From: the human T2T-CHM13v2.0 reference genome, Homo sapiens
Direction: 5' to 3' (one strand)
Assembly (NCBI RefSeq): GCF_009914755.1
Contig: NC_060927.1
Length of the DNA stretch: 64,000 bases
Both the position numbers and the translations under genes were made by a program. Each line of letters opens with the position of its first letter. Position 1 is the stretch's first letter. A model generated the notes under the pieces. That model was not told the DNA's origin. It searched no databases and saw nothing but the letters and a program-made list of their open reading frames with translations. Below, piece after piece: positions 55,618 through 64,000 of the stretch.

Positions 55618-57612
55618 TAGGTAAGTTTCATAAAATTGATTTATATAACTTATTGGTTCTCAGTAATAAGTAGAATTACTAAAGCAGCATCTTTTTTAAA
55701 AGCCCATGTCAGTTAGATAAGTAGCATATGTATCCTCATTTTTTTAAATTAAAAAAATTGAACTTTGCTTAAGCTAAATGTTTGCAATCAACTAGAAAAT
55801 CAATGACTACAGAAGGAATTGTAAGGTCACCCTTTTGCAAGAAGTAAGAAACAGAAGATGTACCTTTCCATCTTTCATCTTCTTTTATTTGAAAGGAAAT
55901 CCTGAAAGGCCATAAAGTACCTATAAGATATTGAGAGCCAACTCACAACTATCAAACATCATAAAAACAAGAACAATTTGATTTTGTCTGACTAGGTAAA
56001 CACACAGAATTCATATCTATGATAACAGATTTCCCAGCTCCCTCTTGATGGATATGGAGGAGTGGTCAAAGTGTATGATTGTGCGGGGCCTCACCATTTG
56101 GCCAATGTGCCCATTTGGAGTAGAATCATATGTGTAACATTTTTGGCTGCTTGTTATACTTTGCTTCCAGAATTGTATGGCTTCATCCATAATTAAAACC
56201 CTAAAGTTTGCTTCCATTCAAGCTTCCAAGAGATCCTATGACTAAAACATTTGGTAGTAAGACTATATTATTTAAGTTATAAAGCAGTGTTTTCAGTTTT
56301 TTATTGTTAAATATTTTCATCGATAGGCATGATATAGTTATCTTCTGTCCTCACTAGAGGATAAAGGAAGAGGAAAATTCAGTTATCTTCTCAGCTTCTG
56401 GCAGTTTGATCCACAGTAATTTAAGTCACAGCCATAGTGCTACCAAAGCATTCTATATTGCCATATGTCTTACTTGCCCAATGGTGTTAGCAATATTTAT
56501 TTTTAAATGGAAATATATAGGATAATCTGGAATTTGCTCTGAAAAGTTAGAAAAACTAAATTAGAAGGCTTAATTGCTACCTACCTGCAGCACGTGATAT
56601 GATATTTGGTTTTCAAGCATTTTCCTTTTAATGAGCAAGTATTTGATGAATGCTTAGAGGGTCCTTACTATTGAGCTAGTTCTGGGCAGAAAGTAGGGAC
56701 AACAAAATAAGTATAAATCAGAGCTCTTGATATCAAGAACCCAGAAACTTTGTGTGATCAAACATTAAATTACATGGAATGGAGTCAGGACTACAGAAAT
56801 AAGAGTTAAAACATCTTTGAGAGCTAGAATATTCCAAAAGGTCTCAGAGAAGAAGCTAAGCCTAGCCTGTGTTTCAATAGGCAGAAGGCAAGGCATACTG
56901 TTGGATTCTTACAAAAGAGCCAAGACCAGAAGACTGACCTTGTTAATGATCCTGGGAGCGTGACTAACTAGCTTAGAAATTCACAGGAAACAAGGTTGGA
57001 TATGTGTTATGGGACCAAAGAAGTTGAGACTTGATATATAGACATAATTCAGTACTGAAAATGACTAAGCAAAAGGAAAATATAGACTTATATAAGAAAT
57101 AAATGAGTGGGTATTTAAGAAAGATTCATTTGCTATTTAGATGCAAGATGATTTCAAAAATGGAGAGAACAGTGTTCAGAAGGGTAGCTAAGAAATCGTA
57201 GTCATACATATATAAGGAACATAATGAACCTGGTTTCATAGTTATGAGAAACTTCAATTTGGTATGATTTTTCCCCTGATTATCAAAGTAATATATTCCT
57301 ACTGTAAAAAAAATTTTTTAAAGTGTAAAGTAGACGAAATAGCATACCTTCCATATCATCCTATTGATCTAAAATTAATACATTTTTGTATATTTTCTTT
57401 CAGTACTTCAATAAACATTTATTGAGCATCTATTATATCACAAACACAGTGCTTGCTGCTAGAGATGCTGCCTCTTCTCTTTTTTTGCATTCTTTGAGTC
57501 ATTGCATATGCAATTTTTAAAATCCTACTTTCCTCGTATGTTTTTAAACTTTGGAAAGAATTTTAGTGGCTCTACCATAGAAGTCATTATGAAAGTAAAA
57601 TAAATGAGACTT

Positions 57613-57932
57613 AGCCGGGCACAGTGGCTCATGTCTATAATCTTTGGATTACACTTGGGGAGGCCAAGGCTGGAGGATCACTTGAGCCCAGGAGTTCAGG
57701 ACCAGCCTGAGCAACACAGCAAGACCCTATCTCTAAAAAAAAAAGTTAAAAAACTAGCTGGACGTGGTGGTGTATGCCTTTGGTCCCAGCTGCTTGGGAG
57801 GCTGTGGCAGGAAGTTCCCTTGAGCCCAGGAGTTCAGGGTTGCAGTGAGCTATGATCATGCACTGCAGTCACTGAACTTGCAGCCTGAGTGACAGAGTGA
57901 GACTCTGTGTCTGGGGAAAAATAAATAAATAA
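57613..57932 (+). mobile_element. Alu (AluJ-like)
   Basis: ggatcacttgagcccaggagttc dimer. Confidence 0.92.
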
Positions 57933-59257
57933 GACTTGATTGCAGAATTTTGAGTTGGTAGACACTTTAAAAATATGTATATTAGATTTGATTCTCATGT
58001 AAAGGTATTTAACTTTTTTTAGCACTAAAACTTCTTTCATGTTAAAATAGATAGAGGTGGACCTGCTTTGGGTCAAAGCCTCACTGTTCAGTCTTTCCTT
58101 GACTGCCCAGCTGTGGCTTTAAGCAATTGTGAAAACCACTGATCTGGGCTAATTCCTTAATTTAAAGATGAGGAAACCATAGGGCAATTACTCCTGATAA
58201 ACTTGTTCAGGACAAGTTAAGTTACATCTAGGACAGGTACTTCAGAAGTACAGCCTACACTTTAAAAATGGTTCCAATAAAACTTGAAAGCATTTCTGTA
58301 ATAAGAGTACAAAATATGGATGACCTCTATTAACATCCATTATTTGACCTTATTTAGATCTTCTGACCAATATAATAAACATTAAAAAGGAATGAGCTTT
58401 CACTTTTGAAAAGGAAAGTATAACACTAGCATTTTGGAATGATATGGTTATATACTTTAAAAAGCCAAATTTGTTCTAAAAGTAGTATAATATGAGTTAA
58501 GTAAAACTGATGGATAAAAGATACAAAAATCAATAGTAATTCTATGTATACAACTGGAAAATATAAGAAATGAAGTTCACATTAGCAATAAAATTCTAAA
58601 ATACTTGGGAATGATCTTAACAAGGGGTTTGCCTGATTGGTGTGAAGACAATTATTACACTGAAATGGAAGATTTAAAAGAAAACTTACAAGGAAACATA
58701 TGCCTTAATCCTGACTAGGAAGACTATTGTTTTTTTAAAGTCAGCTGTTACACATACCCTCTGAATTGAGTCTTTGTAAAAACTAACATAAAATAAAAAA
58801 ACAGCTATCACAAAATTATTTTTAGATTTAAATAAGTTCCAACAGAATTTGCCTTGAACTCAATAAAATTTCTGTAAATTCCTTTGGAAAGTAGCAGGAA
58901 TATAAAATATCAAAGAATGTATTTTAAAAAGGAGCAGTGAGGAAGAGACCAATTCCATCAAATATTTGAGCATATTAGTAAATGAATAGATATGAATGTA
59001 GGTAGTGAAGAATAGGCTTCAGTCAGTAACTATCATAAAAGATAGTGAACTTTGAAAACACAGGGTGGGTGATTTTTCCCTGTTAGTATTAGTAAAATGG
59101 AATTTATCTGCCTTTTAAGAACATAACAGAATTGGTATAGATTTGAAAGAGAAAGAGAAAATTGTGTTTTTTATAAATACTGCCACACTGTAAGCTGACA
59201 TCTCTCCCCACGTACCTACCATAAAATTTAGTTTTATCTAGAAAGGCAATTGTGTAA

Positions 59258-59550
<293 letters not shown>

Positions 59551-60139
59551 GGCAATTCTGTAAGTAAACATCACCTCAAGAGTAAGCTCATGAGTAAGCT
59601 GGACAAACACTCCGGGGTGAGAAAGAATGAGAAAGTGCTGCAGCCGGTGAGAGAATCCTTCCACTGAAGAATGCCCTGGAAGCCTTTATGGGGCAGTTGG
59701 CAGTTAAACAGAGACTTCAACAAACTGCCATCCAAGATGGTCGGTGACTTACAGGACCCTATCTCTCCTTTTTCCTTCTTACATTTCTCACCTCCGGTTC
59801 CTTGAAGAATATGTTTAATAAATGCTTACATTGTACCAATGACCCTGTATCTCATGCTTTAGTATCTTATTTTTTCTATCCCAGAAATTGGCCCTCCAGC
59901 AGATTAAAAGATTAAAACCAGCCTGGCCATAGCTGGATTCACTGTATATATTTATAGTGAGGTATTAGATTTCAAGTTTTGGAGGAAGTGGCATGTATAG
60001 GGATGGGAAGAGAAAGAGATCTCAGCATGTGACTTTCTGTGCTCATATTTCACCTTTCCTAATCATGAATCAACTCATTTAAATATAGCCTTCTCAATTC
60101 TGCCATAGAGTAACATTTATACCATCATCCACACTGGGA

Positions 60140-62200
60140 ACTTGTTTTTTAACTGTTATGAAGAGTTTCAAGCCTATATAGAAGAGGGAATGGAAGAATG
60201 TACTTGCATGTGCTTATTACCCAGATTCAATAATTATCGAAACATGGCCAATCTTGCTTCATCTATATACCTCATCCCCTTCCCCAACCACTCAGATTAT
60301 TTTGAAGGTATTCTCCAGAAATCATATTGTTTCACCTATAGCTATTTCTGAATATATGTATTTTTTCTGTGTATATCACTAAATTATAAGGACTATTTTA
60401 CTATTTTAAGCAAAATCACAATACTATTATCAATAAGAAATTACCACTAATTCCTCAAGTATTCAGTCAGAGTTCACATTTCTCTGATAAATCTGTAGGC
60501 ATGTTTACATTTGTTTGGATTAGACTCCAAATAAAATCTAACATTGTACTTGATTGATAAGTCTCTAAAAGTATCCCCTGACCTTTTCATCCACTTTTAA
60601 TTTATGTGTAAAGGAATTAGGTCATTTGTCCTATGCGTTTCCCAGTTTGGATATTGCTAATTACATCTCTGACGTATCATTTTGCATGTTCCTGTATTCT
60701 CCGTAATTCCTATAAATTGATCTAGAGCTGTGCTGTCCAACAGAAATATAATGTGAGCACATATGTAATTAAAATTTTCTAGTAACCACTTTTAACAAAG
60801 TCAAAAGAAACAGATGAAATTAATAACATTTTAATGAGGCATGTACAAAATATTATTTCAAATGTTTCTATCAAAAATTCGTAATTAAATATCCCATATT
60901 CTTTTTCTTACTAAGCCTTCTGAATTCAGTGTATGTTTTGCACTTACAGCACATCTTAGTTTGGACTTGCCACATTTTTAGTGCTCAGTAGCCACATGAG
61001 AAGTTCTAGAGGCTGGATCAGATTCAGGTTCATTGTTTGGGGGAAGAACATTTCCATAATTCCTGGCTGTCTCTCATTTTGGAACGTTGGCAGTCATTGA
61101 TGATCATTGCCTAGATATATTCATTAGAAGTTGCAAAAAGAATATTCAAATTCTTTTATTCCTTCTCTTTCAATAGCTTGTAACTTATATGAAGAGAATC
61201 TTCCCCTCATCACTTACTTGATTACACTGAAGTACATACAGTTCATGTAGGAAAAGGTATGATGACTGGTGAACACTTTCTCTATAGCTTTCAAAATCAT
61301 AGTTTGGTTCTCTGGCATCCTCTAATGGTGACGAATGAGGTGGTATTTTGTTTTTAATTTATCTGGGATTTGCAATGTTTCGATCCCTTGCAATTTTTGT
61401 TCTTATTTATGCCTGATGTGTCCCATTTTTACTATGGGGAAGCCTCTTCAAGTTAACTCTTGAATGTCTTTGACATGATCCTAACAGTCTTTGATAGTTT
61501 CTTTTCTTTATGATGTGATAAGTTATTCCAGGCTCATTGTGTGCCTTTGCTGCCCAGACCTGGAATTGGCCATTGCTCCAAGAAGCCCTGGTTCCTTTTG
61601 GCAGGAAATATATTTAGATCTCTCAATCTGGGCACTAGGAATGTTTATTGCAACTTGTTTTGTTGTTGTTGTTAAGATAAAATACATCAAGAGCTCATAA
61701 CAGTATCTCCAATTCAATTGCACGATTGCAGATTTAAATTAAAATCGCTGATCTTATGCATCTAACCTTCTTTTTCTAACACCAAAAATCTGTTTCCAAA
61801 GAATTATTCTATGATACAGGCATAGCTATCACCAATAATATGATTACTGAGAATGGTTTTCAGTAAGATAATTTTTACAATTTCTTTTTGTCTCCAGGGT
61901 GTACCCCCACTAGGGGTGTCCAGTCAATACTGTGTTCTAAGAACACTTGATGTAGCTCTTCTCTGTGTGGTTATACCACCAACTACATAATAGTTAGATT
62001 TGTCACATTTGGTTTCCATTTTGGGGGGAATTGCTTTTTTATTTGTCCTATAACTATATAAAATTTTAAATGTTCTAGTGGCAAGTCTATAAGACAAAGA
62101 AACAAAGTATAGTCAAGTAAGCATTGCCTCCCTTTTCGCCCCCCTTTTTCCTTTGCCTCTGCCTGCCTTGGATACCTTTTTTTAAAAAAAGTTTTGGTTT
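60140..62200 (-). mobile_element. L1MC-type 3' region, antisense, interrupted by MER3
   Basis: catggccaatcttgcttcatctata; ttccaggctcattgtgtgcctttgctgcccagacctggaattggccatt. Confidence 0.75.
60728..61004. mobile_element. MER3 (hAT-Charlie)
   Basis: gtgctgtccaacagaaatataatgtgagc..cacttacagcacatct..gccacatt..gtgctcagtagccacatg; flanking tctagag repeats. Confidence 0.8.
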
Positions 62201-64000
62201 ATAATCAGGAAACTTTGACATCTTATTTATGCATTTAATGAATATTTAATGCCTAGTACATGCCCTGCACTTTGTTAGATACTCAGATGCATAAAGGTTG
62301 GTTGTATGGGACGCAGTCCTTACCTTCTGGTAGTATATAATCAAAGGAAAGGTTCTTATATGGAAGTATTAGGGTATAACTGGCTACAGAAGGCTAGGAT
62401 CAAATTGCGAAGTTTTTTTTTTTTTTTTTTCAGTCAGGCTAAGGAATTCACACTTCATCCTCTATGTAGTGGGTACTGATGATTTTTTAAGTCTAGGGAA
62501 AGACATATTCAAAGTAGTTCTTTAGAAAAATGAATTGATCCCCTCTTAGGTATAGTTGGAAGTAAAACAAGACATACTCTAGGCATGCATCATAGAGTAA
62601 GTACTCCTCAAGTATTTGTTGAATGAATAAGTGTAATAATAAGGCCATAGCATTGGGATTGAAATGGAAAGGCTAGGAGAGATATCCTGAAAGAACAATT
62701 TATAAACCTTTGAAAATTTAAATGGCAGGTATAAGAAGAGTTAAAGATAGAGTATAGAGCATAGGTATCTGAGGGAAGAGAATTCCCACTATTGTTCATT
62801 CATTATATCCAGTAGGAATAAGATGAGCTTAGTTTCATTTGGTTGAGAAGTAAGGGCTAGGAAGAAAGGTTAGCCATGCCTCTACAGTAAAAGTTATTAA
62901 AGCTAGATAGACCACAGTCTTGAGAGAGATAAGGTAAAAATAAGAGGACAGCTGCCACAGATCTTAAGAAAGCTCACACTTAGGAACAAGGAGAGAAAAA
63001 TTAGCGAGCTAAAGAGGAAGAAAGGTAGTAATCAGAGGTGAGCATGTCATCTAAGAAAGCAAATATCTCTTAAGCTAAGGAAGAAGTTTTTCAGAGGGCT
63101 GATCATTTATAGTCAGAATGCTGCAGAGGTAACAGTCAAGTGTCTAACCACAGGCCTGCTTTACCAGGCCACATGTCTCCTATTTGTATCTGCTTTTCCA
63201 TTTACAAATCTGCTCTCCTGTAAGAGAGATAATAAGTATCCTTATTTTCTGGTCTTCAAGAAAAATGCTTATAATATTGTCTACAATGCTAAGTGGCGCC
63301 AAGATCTGCCACTAACAATAATCTTATAACTTCTTAGAATAATGACCATAATTGGACTTGTGATTATTTTATTTGTGTTTATTTGATTTATAAAGGTAAA
63401 AAACATGTTTTCCAGGACCTTGTAAAATCTCGGTATAATCGCACAAATGTTATTAGGCTTCTGTATCTGTCGTAGTGTCAGCATCAAAAGCTCTTTAGCA
63501 GGCATCTTAGCTATTAACTTCCGGTATGGGATAGACATGCTAAAAATCAGCTTTTTCCCCTAAATTCATGGCTTTTTTCCTTCAAATCACCTTCCTCTAG
63601 ACAGCAGGTGCATTAATGGTTGTGCAACTTTGGGGAGTCCCTTTAGGGAATTTCCTGTTTTTCCCTTTTACATTTCACACCCATTCCTTGCTCCCGCCGC
63701 TACCATCTGCTATCTCTTTTCTCCTGTTCAGCATTGGCTCCTTCACACCCCACTCCCACGCCCTTTTCCATCTCTCTCCGTCTGTCCAACAGCCCTCTAC
63801 TTAGATTGCTCCAATGCTTGTACAGGAATCAGAGAACTTTCTCTTTTCTATCAACTCACTAAGCTCAAAAGAGAGACAAAATTTATATGGCCTGTGACCA
63901 AGGCCACTGTGAACTTGACAGACATAAGTGGGAACAAGACAACATGGGTGCTGATTTTGGGAGCATTTATTAGACAATGCTCAAATGTTTCACTAAAAAT

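Noticed and set aside
56017-56217. 66 aa minus-strand ORF in a relatively GC-balanced patch, considered as a processed pseudogene
   Set aside because: No recognisable protein similarity in the frames I translated, and no poly-A tail or TSD; part resembles a decayed MaLR (MLT1) LTR

Overview
Primate genomic DNA, almost certainly human because it carries an AluYb8-type insertion. I recognise it as the PTPRG / PTPRG-AS1 / CEP15 (C3orf14) locus on chr3p14.2; that identification comes from the translated exons, not from a database search. Positions 889-26816 (+) hold the last 13 coding exons of receptor tyrosine phosphatase gamma. They all splice in frame with GT-AG boundaries and encode most of the catalytic D1 domain (WPD loop, [11 protein letters not shown]), the inactive D2 domain (VHDEYGAVSAG) and a C-terminal ESLV PDZ ligand. 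A ~4.3 kb 3' UTR follows, ending near 31120. Positions 31.2-52.3 kb are repeat-rich (Alu, L1, L2, MIR, DNA transposons, nested LTRs) and contain several well-formed minus-strand exon candidates for the antisense lncRNA. A CpG island at ~52.3-53.1 kb is a bidirectional promoter. CEP15 runs rightward from it with two 5' UTR exons and two coding exons; the rest of the gene lies beyond the window. Most ORFs in the supplied track are Alu/L1-derived, antisense shadows or chance. I found no convincing new protein-coding system. The best leads are at the RNA or regulatory level: a ~119 bp non-TE intronic duplication with hairpin potential, a regenerated 5' splice site at the penultimate PTPRG exon, a triple-hairpin cluster, a TCF/LEF plus G4 cluster, a symmetric TATA/CRE promoter core, a CEP15 uORF, and a frame-preserving circRNA candidate.
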